Source of the DNA: an uncultured delta proteobacterium
Lineage (GTDB): Bacteria > Myxococcota_A > Polyangia > Polyangiales > Polyangiaceae
DNA: 64,000 nt
Assembly: GCA_963841435.1 (NCBI GenBank)
Contig: CAWJCS010000004.1
Coordinates: 768,001-832,000 of the forward strand
Direction: 5' to 3'
Part shown: one piece after another, positions 30,870 to 40,326 of the stretch
How the letters are laid out: every line of letters starts with the position of its first letter
Position numbering within the stretch: position 1 is the stretch's first letter
The notes under the pieces: generated by a model
Database searches by the model: none
The model's input: only the letters and a program-made list of their open reading frames with translations
Told to the model about the DNA's origin: nothing
Position numbers and translations under genes: made by a program

Positions 30870-32861
30870 ATGTGTGGTGTAGCGGGCCTGCTCGGCGTTC
30901 AAAGTGAACTGGCGCTGGAAGCCGCGCGCCGTATGCAGCGCGCCTTGAGCCACCGCGGGCCCGACGACGAAGGGCTCGTCCAGGTGGCGGCCGTCGGGGG
31001 CGGCGTCCCCGCCGTGCTCGCCCACACTCGCCTGTCGGTGGTGGACCTATCGCCGGCGGGGCACCAGCCCATGGCCGACGTTGGCACGCCGCCGAATTGG
31101 GTTAGCTACAACGGCGAAATATACAATTTCCACGAGCTCGCCCACGACCTCGGCGAGCGGGGGCACGCTTGCCGTACGCGCTCGGACACGGAGGTATTGC
31201 TACAAGGGTATCGGGCCTGGGGCGTCCGTGCGGTGGAGCGCTTCGAAGGCATGTTCGCCTTCTGCCTGCTCGATACCGCGAGGGGCCTCGCGTGGCTCGC
31301 CCGCGATCGCCTCGGGGTCAAGCCCCTCTACCTTGCGCGCCCGTCCGCCGGGGGACTGCTCTTCGCGAGCGAGGTGAGGGCACTGCTCGCCGCGGGCGAA
31401 GACTTCGTGCCGCGTCGGCTGAGGCGGTCAGCGCTCGAGAGCTTCCTCGCGCAGGGGGCCGTCATCGGGGACGACGCGCTCGTCGAAGGCGTCTCGATGC
31501 TCCCGCCGGGGACGTTGCTGCTCGTGGATTTCGACGGTCGCACGGTACGATCGACGCGCTACTGGGAGGTGTCGTTCGGTGAGGATCGTGGCGCACTGGA
31601 CCTACCGGCGGACGGATCCGCACCTCACCACGAGGGCCATCGGCACGCGGGGCCGGCACGGTTCCGCACGGAGGTGGTTGCCGAGCTTGCGCTCGGCTTG
31701 CGCCGCGCGACGGGGCGACAGCTGTTTGCGGACGTGCCCGTGGGGCTGTTTCTATCGGGTGGCGTGGACTCGGGCGCGCTCGCCACGGTGGCGAGCGAGC
31801 TCGGTGGCAAGCTTCGCACCCTGTGCGTGGGGTTCGACGTGGAGGGGTTCGACGAGAGCGCCGCCGCACGGGCCACCGCCCTCGAGCTCGGCACCGATCA
31901 CTCCGAGATCCGCCTGACGTCCGAAGCCGTGCTCGAGTCGTTCGACGAGGTACTGGCCGCCGTCGACCAACCGACCGTCGACGGTTTCAATACGTTCCAC
32001 GTCGCGCGCGCCGCCCGCCGCGCCGGGCTCACGGTTGCGCTCTCCGGGCTCGGCGGCGACGAGCTATTCGGCGGCTATGCGAGCTTCCGCGACGCCCCGC
32101 GCGCCACTCGGCTCGCCCGCGCCGTGTCGGGCCTGGACGGCGCGAGAGCGCCGTTGTCGCATCTCGTCGAGCGTCTGGGGCCCGCGTTGGGCGTCGATCG
32201 GCGAGCCACCTTCAAGTTGGCGGAGGTCCTGCGCCGACCAGCGGACTTGTTGCAGATGTATCTCTTGCGGCGCGAGCTATTTCCGCTGAAGGACCGGCGG
32301 GCGCTGCACCCCCTGCCGGACGGCAGCGACCCATTCTGCGGGATCGACGCGACCGTTCTCGCCGAGCTCAGGCACGGCGCGCGATCCGGCACCCCGCGAG
32401 ATCGCGTCGCGGCGTTCGAGCTCAATGGTTACATGCGCCACATGCTGCTTCGCGACAGCGACGTGTTCTCGATGGCGCACGGTCTAGAAATCCGCGTGCC
32501 GTTGCTCGAGCACTACGTGGTGGCGCAGGCAGCCCGCGCGCGTGGCCGCTGGCGCGGTCCGGATCCGCGGGCGAAGCCACTGCTCGTCGATGCTGCGGGA
32601 CCGCGCTTGCCGGCACGCGCTTACGGCGGAAGAAAGCGCGGGTTCACTCTGCCGTGGGCGAGCTGGCTGAGCGGCCCGTTGCGCGCGCGCGTCGAAGGAG
32701 CGCTCTCACGGGACGGACTGCGCGACGCTGGGCTCGAGCCTCGCGCGGCTCGCGGCATGTGGCAGCGCTTTCTTGCTGGCGACCGCGGTGTCTCCGCGCT
32801 TCAGCTGCTCGGCCTGGTCGTGCTCGACGAGCTCGTGAGTCGAGAAAGACTGCGGGCCTGA
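30870..32861 (+). CDS. asnB: Asparagine synthase-like glutamine amidotransferase
   Basis: MCG N-terminus, HRGPD, NGEIYN, DRLGVKPLY, LSGGVDS, SGLGGDELFGGY. Confidence 0.9.
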   Translation: MCGVAGLLGVQSELALEAARRMQRALSHRGPDDEGLVQVAAVGGGVPAVLAHTRLSVVDLSPAGHQPMADVGTPPNWVSYNGEIYNFHELAHDLGERGHACRTRSDTEVLLQGYRAWGVRAVERFEGMFAFCLLDTARGLAWLARDRLGVKPLYLARPSAGGLLFASEVRALLAAGEDFVPRRLRRSALESFLAQGAVIGDDALVEGVSMLPPGTLLLVDFDGRTVRSTRYWEVSFGEDRGALDLPADGSAPHHEGHRHAGPARFRTEVVAELALGLRRATGRQLFADVPVGLFLSGGVDSGALATVASELGGKLRTLCVGFDVEGFDESAAARATALELGTDHSEIRLTSEAVLESFDEVLAAVDQPTVDGFNTFHVARAARRAGLTVALSGLGGDELFGGYASFRDAPRATRLARAVSGLDGARAPLSHLVERLGPALGVDRRATFKLAEVLRRPADLLQMYLLRRELFPLKDRRALHPLPDGSDPFCGIDATVLAELRHGARSGTPRDRVAAFELNGYMRHMLLRDSDVFSMAHGLEIRVPLLEHYVVAQAARARGRWRGPDPRAKPLLVDAAGPRLPARAYGGRKRGFTLPWASWLSGPLRARVEGALSRDGLRDAGLEPRAARGMWQRFLAGDRGVSALQLLGLVVLDELVSRERLRA

Positions 32862-34237
32862 GCCCCCTGCGCGGGCGCCTGCGTCGCGCGGGCCCTGGCT
32901 TCCCGGGCCCACGAGCCCCCGGCCTGGAGCAGGCTTGCGTTGATCAACCAGAACTCGAGTCCGGTGGTGCTCGCGAAAATTGGGTAGCTGAAGGTCAGCG
33001 CCATGGCTCCCAGGTTGTATCCAGCGACGACCGTGGACCAGTCCTCGAGCTTGGGCGTCGATCGTCGGCGCGCGAGCCGCACGCTGTATGACATCACCAC
33101 GATCAGGGCGAGGGGGTAAACGATGAGCAGCGGGATACCGCCGTCGATCACCCAGGCGTTCCACTGGATTTCTGCGGAGAGATTGTTGTAAAAGTCGTTG
33201 CCAAAATAGTTTGCGACCTGCCCCCAACGACCGAGTCCGGCGCCGAAGGGATAGTTGGGGACGAGCTCGTCGAAGGTATGCTCGAGGTACTTGCCGCGCG
33301 AGCCGTAGTAGACGGCGCCGGGGCTGGCCGCGATGAGCCCCTCGAGCCGCTCGGTCGTGTGCTCGCCTCCGAGGGCGATGGCGATGTAGAGCGCGGCGAC
33401 CGCCAGGCTCGCGCCGACGACGCCCACGATGGCGAGCTTGGAGAAGCGCCCGGTCGACGCGAGGAGCGCGAAGGTCATCGCGAGGCACACGCCGAGCATG
33501 ACGATGAGGCTGCGGATCTGGCAGAGGTAGAGGCACGTCATCCCCGTGAGCGCGCTCAGAATGGCGGCGCTCCGCGCGAAGCGGAAGGGGCGGACGATGT
33601 AAACGCCGACGCCGAGCAGCATCGCGTAGAAGCCGCCGGACGCCGCCCCGCCTGGCGTGTCCGTCAGCCCCATCGGTCGCGGGATGAGCTGCCCGTCGGC
33701 CACCTGAATCAGCAATGCGCCGAGATTGCGGCGGGAAAACTGGCTCACGTCCGCCTGGAAGCGGCCCGGGAACGTGGTCTGCAGCACTCCCATCACGGCG
33801 CTTGCCGTGCTGAAGGCCCACATCGCGACGAGCAGCTTCTCGAAGACCTTCATGTCGCACTTGAGGCGCGCGACCCAGAACACGGGGGCAATGATCGAGA
33901 GGTGGAATGCCAGCGCTGCGACTCGCGCGAGGTAGTCGCCGCCGTCGGGATTGAAGAATGACAAGACCAAGATGGCGATGATCGGCGCCACCGCCACGGG
34001 CACCAGCGTCCTCGCGAGGCTGCGGCCGGGCACGATCAGCATGAACGCGAAGCTCGTCCCGAACGCGAGCGAGCGAAACAGCGGGCGCGCAGAGCCGAAG
34101 CCCGGAACGAGCAGCAGCACCTGGCAGGCGATCTGGATCGTGAGGTAGGCGTACAGCCATTTCGGAGAGGCGCCCGCGGGGGCGCTCGCCGCTCCGGATA
34201 GCGTCCGCGTGCCGACTCGGCTCGAGGTCATGGTCAT
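32801..34237 (-). CDS. Wzy-like polysaccharide polymerase / O-antigen ligase-like membrane protein
   Basis: About 10-11 hydrophobic segments, RPMG loop, YPFGAGLG; coupled to a GT gene. Confidence 0.65.
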   Translation of the reverse strand: MTMTSSRVGTRTLSGAASAPAGASPKWLYAYLTIQIACQVLLLVPGFGSARPLFRSLAFGTSFAFMLIVPGRSLARTLVPVAVAPIIAILVLSFFNPDGGDYLARVAALAFHLSIIAPVFWVARLKCDMKVFEKLLVAMWAFSTASAVMGVLQTTFPGRFQADVSQFSRRNLGALLIQVADGQLIPRPMGLTDTPGGAASGGFYAMLLGVGVYIVRPFRFARSAAILSALTGMTCLYLCQIRSLIVMLGVCLAMTFALLASTGRFSKLAIVGVVGASLAVAALYIAIALGGEHTTERLEGLIAASPGAVYYGSRGKYLEHTFDELVPNYPFGAGLGRWGQVANYFGNDFYNNLSAEIQWNAWVIDGGIPLLIVYPLALIVVMSYSVRLARRRSTPKLEDWSTVVAGYNLGAMALTFSYPIFASTTGLEFWLINASLLQAGGSWAREARARATQAPAQGAQARSLSRLTSSSSTTRPSS

Positions 34238-35388
34238 GGTCGAGCCTGGGCCGGTTCCGGTGCGCGGCGCCGTGCGCGCGTGAGCTCGGCGAACAGGTCG
34301 CGATAGCGCGCCACCATCGTCGGCTTGGCGAACTCGGACCAGGCGCGTTTCCGGGCGGCGTCACCGAGCTTGCGGCGGAGCGCCTCGTCACGAACGAGCT
34401 GTCCAAGTGCGCGAGCGAGCGCCGCGCTGTCTCTTGCCGGCACCGTGAGGCCCGTGACGCCGTCGGCGCACACCCAGGGCACACCCGAGCGAAGATTGCA
34501 GGCGACGACGGGCTTGCCGCAGGCCATCGCCTCGACCTGGGCGACCCCGAAGGCTTCGTTGGGGCTCACGGAAGGGAACACGAAGATGTCGCAGGCGTGC
34601 AGATAGCACGGCAGGTCGTCGTCGCTCACGTCGCCGCAGAACACCACGCGATCCGCGACGTTCGCGCGGGCCGAAAGGCTTCGAAGCTCGCCCTCGAGCG
34701 GCCCGGTCCCCACCAGCCAAAGCTCGGCGTTGGGCAGCGAGCGCAGGGCCTCGATGGCGTACCGTTGCCCCTTGTAGCCGACGAGGCGGCCCACGTTGAG
34801 CAACACCGAGCGACCGGCGGCGCTCCGTCTGAGGTTCGTGACCCGTGCGGCATCCACCCGCTCCTCCGCGAGCGCCGTCAGATCGAGGCCGTACGGAATG
34901 ACCTCGACCTTGTGGTGGTACGTCGGCAACCAGGACGAGAACTCGAGATGGTTCGGTGTCGCGACGACGATACGATCGGCTCGCCTGAGCACCGCGTGCT
35001 GCAGCGGGCGGTAGGCGTTCAGGGCGGCTCTCTGCCGAATGATGTCGCTATGCCAGCTCAGCACCACCGGTACGCCGCGAGGGGCGAGCACGCAGGCGAG
35101 GTCGGCGAGGGGGTTCGGGGTATGCGCATGAATCACGTCGGCCCGAAAGCGCTGACTCGCGAGCGGGTACTGGGGACAAAGTGGCACGCTGAGCGCGCTG
35201 CCGAAGCTCGCTAGCCGGTGCACGGTGACGCCGTCGGCCCGCTCGCGCGTCGAACGCGGCGCGACGTTGGCGACCACGCACTCGACATCGTCACCGGCGG
35301 CGCTGAACCCGTCGCAGCAGTTGCGGATCAGCGTCTCGATGCCGCCACGAACCGGAGGGTAGAACTTGCCGAGCTCCAGGATCTTCAC
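34234..35388 (-). CDS. Glycosyltransferase family 4
   Basis: KFYPPVRGGIE, VGRLVGYKG, EAFGVAQVEAMACGKPV; GTG 35388. Confidence 0.9.
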   Translation of the reverse strand: MKILELGKFYPPVRGGIETLIRNCCDGFSAAGDDVECVVANVAPRSTRERADGVTVHRLASFGSALSVPLCPQYPLASQRFRADVIHAHTPNPLADLACVLAPRGVPVVLSWHSDIIRQRAALNAYRPLQHAVLRRADRIVVATPNHLEFSSWLPTYHHKVEVIPYGLDLTALAEERVDAARVTNLRRSAAGRSVLLNVGRLVGYKGQRYAIEALRSLPNAELWLVGTGPLEGELRSLSARANVADRVVFCGDVSDDDLPCYLHACDIFVFPSVSPNEAFGVAQVEAMACGKPVVACNLRSGVPWVCADGVTGLTVPARDSAALARALGQLVRDEALRRKLGDAARKRAWSEFAKPTMVARYRDLFAELTRARRRAPEPAQARP

Positions 35389-35537
35389 GGCGCGCCAGGC
35401 ATCTCCAGGCGGCAGCTCGACCGCGGCATGCGCCCTCGACGGCCCACCTCGCGGCGCTCGCCCACCCCATGCGAGCGCGGGGACGGTTGACCGGTTCGCA
35501 GCGCCCGCGCTAGCTTCCCGGGTGGAGACACCCAACC

Positions 35538-35927
35538 ATGCGCCATCTATGGCTCGTTCTCGCGATCATCGCGTGCGGCCTTCACGGTTGCAAGAAGGAC
35601 GAGCAGCCGCCGCCACAGCCCGCTCCCTACCAAGCCTATCCGCCCGCGCCCACGGCGGCCGCGCCCGCGCCCGCGGCGCCCGCACCCGCGCCTGTGCCAG
35701 CGGCTCCGGCTCCGGCTCCGACCGTCGCGCAGCCCGCGCCTGCGGCGCCCGCGGGCGGGCTGTCGCAGCCTTCGCCGATGGCGCTGCCGTGCACCTCCGA
35801 CGCGAACTGCCTCACGCACCGCTGCAACGCGCAGTTTGGCAAGTGCGCTTGGCCCTGCCAGTCCGACAACGACTGCAACCCCGGCAATCGTTGCATGGCG
35901 GGGGCCTGCGTGCCTGCAGCCCAGTGA
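35538..35927 (+). CDS. Small lipoprotein with Pro/Ala linker and Cys-rich C-terminal domain
   Basis: Lipobox LHGC; CTSDANC...CQSDNDC repeats with 8 Cys. Confidence 0.75.
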   Translation: MRHLWLVLAIIACGLHGCKKDEQPPPQPAPYQAYPPAPTAAAPAPAAPAPAPVPAAPAPAPTVAQPAPAAPAGGLSQPSPMALPCTSDANCLTHRCNAQFGKCAWPCQSDNDCNPGNRCMAGACVPAAQ

Positions 35928-36256
35928 CAGAAGCGGAATACGATGCCCACGCTTTGCCAGAGCTCGCCGCGTTAGTACGCGCCCTCGACGCATTGGACGA
36001 GGACGACTTGGTGCCGGAGCTCGCCGGCGACATCCTGACGATCGAATTTTCCGACGACGTACGGTACGTGGTGAACTCGCACCGCGCCGCCCGGCAGATC
36101 TGGATGGCGGCGGAGCGGAGCGCATGGCACTTCGATTGGTCGGAGAGCGCGGGACGCTGGGTTGCAGCCAAGACCGGCGAAGAGCTCTGGTCGGCCTTGG
36201 AAAGCGTGCTGCAAAAGAAGCTGGGGGCGCCCGTTTCGCTCTCTCGGACCGCTTGA
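35924..36256 (+). CDS. cyaY: Iron donor protein CyaY (frataxin)
   Basis: GDILTIEF...YVVNSHRAARQIWMAA...HF; acidic N-terminal helix; GTG 35924. Confidence 0.88.
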   Translation: MTEAEYDAHALPELAALVRALDALDEDDLVPELAGDILTIEFSDDVRYVVNSHRAARQIWMAAERSAWHFDWSESAGRWVAAKTGEELWSALESVLQKKLGAPVSLSRTA

Positions 36257-38061
36257 TGAAAGGGTTCGATGCCCGAATGACGCGAGCTGGCCTGGGTGAC
36301 GCCCTGCGCCAAGAGCTGCGCTCCGTCACTTATCCGTTGCGCCGCCGCGGGCGCCACCGCTTGGGCGCGCTGGCGAACGATGCCTTGCTCACGCTGGGCA
36401 AGGGACCTCGCTTTCAGGAAACGCTGGCGGAGCAATGGAGGCGCATTCTCGCGCGGAGCGAAAGCGTGCTCGCGAGCATGCCTCCCGCCGGCGCGCCGCG
36501 CGTGCTGTTTGGTGCCATGTTCGGCGGTGGTCTGAACCGCGTGATGGACTCGACGCTCGCGATGGCGCTCCGGCTGCGCGGAGCGACCCCGACCATCCTT
36601 CACTGTGATCGTTCCCTCCCGGCGTGCGAGGTCAATGGGCTCGGCAACTGGCAGCCGTCGCCTGGGCCCTTCGCTCCCCTGCGCTTTCGCCACGGCGCCC
36701 AGTACGCCTGTCAGGCTTGCGCGTTCAAGTTGGACGAGAGCCATGGTGGGATCGGGCTACCGAGCGAGATGCTTTCGAGCCACGTCCGCCCGGGGGATCT
36801 CGAGCTCGGTGCGCGCATCGCCGAGGGAGTGAGCCTCGCCGACTTGCGCCACGTCATGCACCGTGGCGTCTGCGTCGGGGAGCACGCGCACTCGTCGCTG
36901 CTCAAGGCCACCTTGCGCGGCGATCCGATCGACGACGAAAAGACGCGCTTCCTCGCCCGCCGCCTGCTCGCCGCGGCGGTCGTCCTCACCGAGGCCGGGG
37001 AGCGCGTGTTCGAGCGTGTGGCGCCGGATCACTTCGTCGTGCCCGATGGCGTGTATCTGACCGCAGGAACGCTGGCGGAGCTCGCCCTCAGGCGCGGCGT
37101 GCACGTGGTGGTGCACGGCGCGCCTTTCCGCCGGGGGACGATCTGGCTCCACCACGGGCAGAGCTACTTTCGCGCCTTCATCAAGGATCGCAACGACGAC
37201 TGGGCACACCTCCGCATGACCCCCGAGCGGCGGCGCGTCGCCGACGAGTACCTCGCCGCCAAGCATTTCGCGACGCGCGACTACATCGCGTACCACAAGG
37301 GGGCGATTCAAGACGAGGGGGCGATTCGAGCGGAGCTCGGGCTCGACGAGCGCCCGATCGTGAGCGTCTTTACGAACGTGCTCTGGGACGCACAGCTCCA
37401 CTACGACTTCAGCGTTTTCAAGAACATGCTCGAGTGGTTGTTCGATACCATTCGCTTTTACGCTGCGCGCGACGATCTGCAGCTCGTCATCCGCATCCAC
37501 CCGGGCGAAGCGCGTGGTGCGTGGCCCACGAACCAGCCCATCCTGCCGGAGCTCGAACGGGAGTTTCGTTCGCTGCCGCCGCACATCAAGATCGTGTCGC
37601 CCGAGAGCCGCGTGAGCTCGTACGTGCTCGGGACGATGAGCCGCGTGGCGCTCGTCTACGGTGCGCGGCTGGGCGTGGAGCTCGTGATCCTCGGCACCCC
37701 CGTGATCGTGGCGGGCGAAGCGCTGATCCGCGGCCGCGGTTTCACCTACGACCCCGCGTCTCGCGACGAGTACTTCGGCCTGCTTGCCGAGGGTGCCGCC
37801 CTTTCGGCCCCCTCGGCCGAGGTGCGCGAGCGGGCCCGAAAGTGGTATTATTACTATCTGTTTCGCATGATGATGCCGTTCCCGTTCTTCGACGGCGATC
37901 CGGTGCGCGAGCGGGGGCTCTCGTTCTACTCGCTCGACGATCTGCTTCCGGGTCGCTCGCCCGTGCTCGATCGCGTCTGCCTGGGCATCACCGACGGAAC
38001 GACGCCGTTCGAGTGGGACGAGTTCGAAGCGGACGACGCAGCAGTCGGCGCACCGCCCTGA
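36256..38061 (+). CDS. Capsule polysaccharide biosynthesis/modification protein (KpsS/LipB-like)
   Basis: FTNVLWDA, LVIRIHPGE, SSY, GVE...GTPVIVAGEA; Cys-containing N-terminal part. Confidence 0.65.
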   Translation: MKGFDARMTRAGLGDALRQELRSVTYPLRRRGRHRLGALANDALLTLGKGPRFQETLAEQWRRILARSESVLASMPPAGAPRVLFGAMFGGGLNRVMDSTLAMALRLRGATPTILHCDRSLPACEVNGLGNWQPSPGPFAPLRFRHGAQYACQACAFKLDESHGGIGLPSEMLSSHVRPGDLELGARIAEGVSLADLRHVMHRGVCVGEHAHSSLLKATLRGDPIDDEKTRFLARRLLAAAVVLTEAGERVFERVAPDHFVVPDGVYLTAGTLAELALRRGVHVVVHGAPFRRGTIWLHHGQSYFRAFIKDRNDDWAHLRMTPERRRVADEYLAAKHFATRDYIAYHKGAIQDEGAIRAELGLDERPIVSVFTNVLWDAQLHYDFSVFKNMLEWLFDTIRFYAARDDLQLVIRIHPGEARGAWPTNQPILPELEREFRSLPPHIKIVSPESRVSSYVLGTMSRVALVYGARLGVELVILGTPVIVAGEALIRGRGFTYDPASRDEYFGLLAEGAALSAPSAEVRERARKWYYYYLFRMMMPFPFFDGDPVRERGLSFYSLDDLLPGRSPVLDRVCLGITDGTTPFEWDEFEADDAAVGAPP

Positions 38062-38091
38062 GGTCTCGGTGCCCCCTCGGCGCGCACCGGG

Positions 38092-39213
38092 TCACGAGGG
38101 GCCGGGTGCCCCGGCGAGCGCCCGCTCGATGGCGGGCAGGCGCGTGGAGGGGTCACAGAGCTCGCGTGCTCGGCTCGGCCCCGCGGCGCCCAGGCGGCGA
38201 CCGAGCGCGCGATCATGCACGAGCGCGCGCAACGCGTTGGTCAGTGCGTCCTCGTCCGCCGCGAGGAAGCCGACCTCGGGCGTGATGATCTCTCGGGGGC
38301 CGCCCATGTCCATCGTCACGACGGGTAGACCGGCCGCCATGGCCTCGATGAACACCACGCCGAACGGCTCGGCGCCCGCGTTGGGCTGACACTGCACGTC
38401 GGCGGCGGCGAGCAGGCGCGGCACGTCGTTGCGCTGACCGAGGAAGCGCACGCGGCCTGCGATGCCCAGGCTTTCCGCGGTCGCCTTCAGCTGTTGGAAG
38501 TAGGCGTGCTCGACGGGACGCTGCGGACCGCCGACCAGCACGCAGAGCCAGTCGGCTGCGGGTGGCAGTCGCGAGAGCGCCCTCAGGTGGCGCAGCTGGC
38601 CCTTCCAGGGCTCCATGCGGCTCACCTGGATCACGACGGTCGTTTCGGGCCCGGCGCCGAGCTCCGCGCGCAAGCCGGTGCGCTCGGGGTCCGAGAGTCG
38701 CGCTGGTTCCAGGGCCACGGGGTAGAACTCGACCGCCGCCGGAACCCGCCGGAAGATCCGATCGAGCGTGCCCAGGGTGAACTGGCTGTTGCAGATGGCG
38801 AGATCGGTCAGGGTGCGGCCCGCCCAGAGCTCGAAAACGCCGCGGTGGTCGGGGGCGTCGTGGAGCCAGAACACCATGCGCCCAGGCCCGGACTTCGCCG
38901 CCGGTCCGAGCAGCGCCTGCGTCCAGACCGAGTGGCAGACGACCACATCGTAGGCGCCCTCGCGCACCAGCCGCGCCAACCGCCCTCGGGCTCGTGTGAG
39001 GGTCCAGGGCGCGCGGACCCGCACGTGCCCGAGTTGGTGCACGGTGGCGCCGGCTTCCAGAAGCTCCCGTTGTAGGCGACCCTCGAAGCACAACGCGAAT
39101 TCGGAATGCATCGTCGGCGCGACGTCGGCAAAGCGTGCGAGCGTGAGCAGGAACGTCTCGATGCCGCCGAACAGATTGCCCGAGTAAACGTGTAGGACGC
39201 GCAAGGCGGTCAC
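38092..39213 (-). CDS. Glycosyltransferase family 4
   Basis: SGNLFGGIE, SRMEPWKG, EPFGVVFIEAMAAGLPVV; GTG 39213. Confidence 0.9.
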   Translation of the reverse strand: MTALRVLHVYSGNLFGGIETFLLTLARFADVAPTMHSEFALCFEGRLQRELLEAGATVHQLGHVRVRAPWTLTRARGRLARLVREGAYDVVVCHSVWTQALLGPAAKSGPGRMVFWLHDAPDHRGVFELWAGRTLTDLAICNSQFTLGTLDRIFRRVPAAVEFYPVALEPARLSDPERTGLRAELGAGPETTVVIQVSRMEPWKGQLRHLRALSRLPPAADWLCVLVGGPQRPVEHAYFQQLKATAESLGIAGRVRFLGQRNDVPRLLAAADVQCQPNAGAEPFGVVFIEAMAAGLPVVTMDMGGPREIITPEVGFLAADEDALTNALRALVHDRALGRRLGAAGPSRARELCDPSTRLPAIERALAGAPGPS

Positions 39214-39289
39214 GGCTCCCGGCGGCAACGCGCGGCCACCGCCGCCGCGTCGAATCCGCGTTTGCCGTGGCAACCCCAGATTTTGCGCG

Positions 39290-40309
39290 TCATTCGATGC
39301 CCAAGAGCGCCCGTGCGACGGGGTCCTGAGTCCGCTCCGCGAGATGGGACAGCCGAGGGAACCCAAGCAAGCTCTCGCTGAAGCGCTGGAACGGGTACGG
39401 CAAGAGGTTCGCGGAGAACGGATGGCAATACCAGATGCTGATCACCAAGCGCGACTCGACCCCGGGCCGGCTGCCGTAGTGCCAGCAGCGGCAGGTGTCC
39501 GCGTACCAGACCGTTCCGCGCGGTCCGAGCGCCTTCTCGATGACCGGCGCACGACCGAGCACCCGCTCGCCGTGCGCGGCCAACTCGGCGTCGCTCAGTC
39601 GGTTCATGTAGCGGCTGCGCCCTAGCGAATCGTTGATCGCGTCCGAATCGTCGGCCGGCACGACATGCAGCGGGCCCGAGCCCTCGCTCACGTCCGAGGC
39701 GTGCACGAACACGCGCATGTGTCGGTCGGCCGGTTCGTCGAGGTGCGGGTACTGGCTGTTGTAGCTTGCCATGCGGTCGCCCATGTCCGACATGGGCGCG
39801 TCGTTCGGCGAATAGAGCAGCGACACCTCGCGCAGAACCGGTAGCGTTCCGAGGTAACGTGCCGCGGGAGCCACGACATCATGGTCGAGAGCCAGGCTGA
39901 CGAAGGGCCCCCCGAGGTCGAGGTCCGAAGCGTCGAGCGGCACGCGCAGCAAGTAGTCCTTGCTGATGGCGAAACGTCCAAGGCCGCCGTCATCGAGCGC
40001 CGCTTTTAGCACCTCTGTAGAGCGCGAAAGCGCGCGCTGGACGACGGGCAGATCGCCGATGAACTGGTGCGCGAGGGCGTTTCCCTCCGGCACGACGAGT
40101 GAGCGCGTCGGTGCCAGTCTGGCCGCCAGCTCCCGGCGGCGCCGGTGGGCGTCCGAGAACTGCCGCTCCGAGACTTCGCGGTAGCGGCGGGCACGCGCGG
40201 GCGTCACGGTCTGTTGCCCGCCCCACTGTCCGACGTGGAGGGTGCGGGTGAAAAGCCGCCTGAGCCGGAAATCGACGCTGCGTTTGGCTTGCTCGAGAAG
40301 GGATGTCAT
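39290..40309 (-). CDS. PhyH-like Fe(II)/2-oxoglutarate dioxygenase
   Basis: HxD (SQYPHLD), GPLHVVP, GPRGTVWYADTCRCWHYGSR...RL. Confidence 0.65.
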   Translation of the reverse strand: MTSLLEQAKRSVDFRLRRLFTRTLHVGQWGGQQTVTPARARRYREVSERQFSDAHRRRRELAARLAPTRSLVVPEGNALAHQFIGDLPVVQRALSRSTEVLKAALDDGGLGRFAISKDYLLRVPLDASDLDLGGPFVSLALDHDVVAPAARYLGTLPVLREVSLLYSPNDAPMSDMGDRMASYNSQYPHLDEPADRHMRVFVHASDVSEGSGPLHVVPADDSDAINDSLGRSRYMNRLSDAELAAHGERVLGRAPVIEKALGPRGTVWYADTCRCWHYGSRPGVESRLVISIWYCHPFSANLLPYPFQRFSESLLGFPRLSHLAERTQDPVARALLGIE

Positions 40310-40326
40310 GGGGTCGCGTGGCGCGC

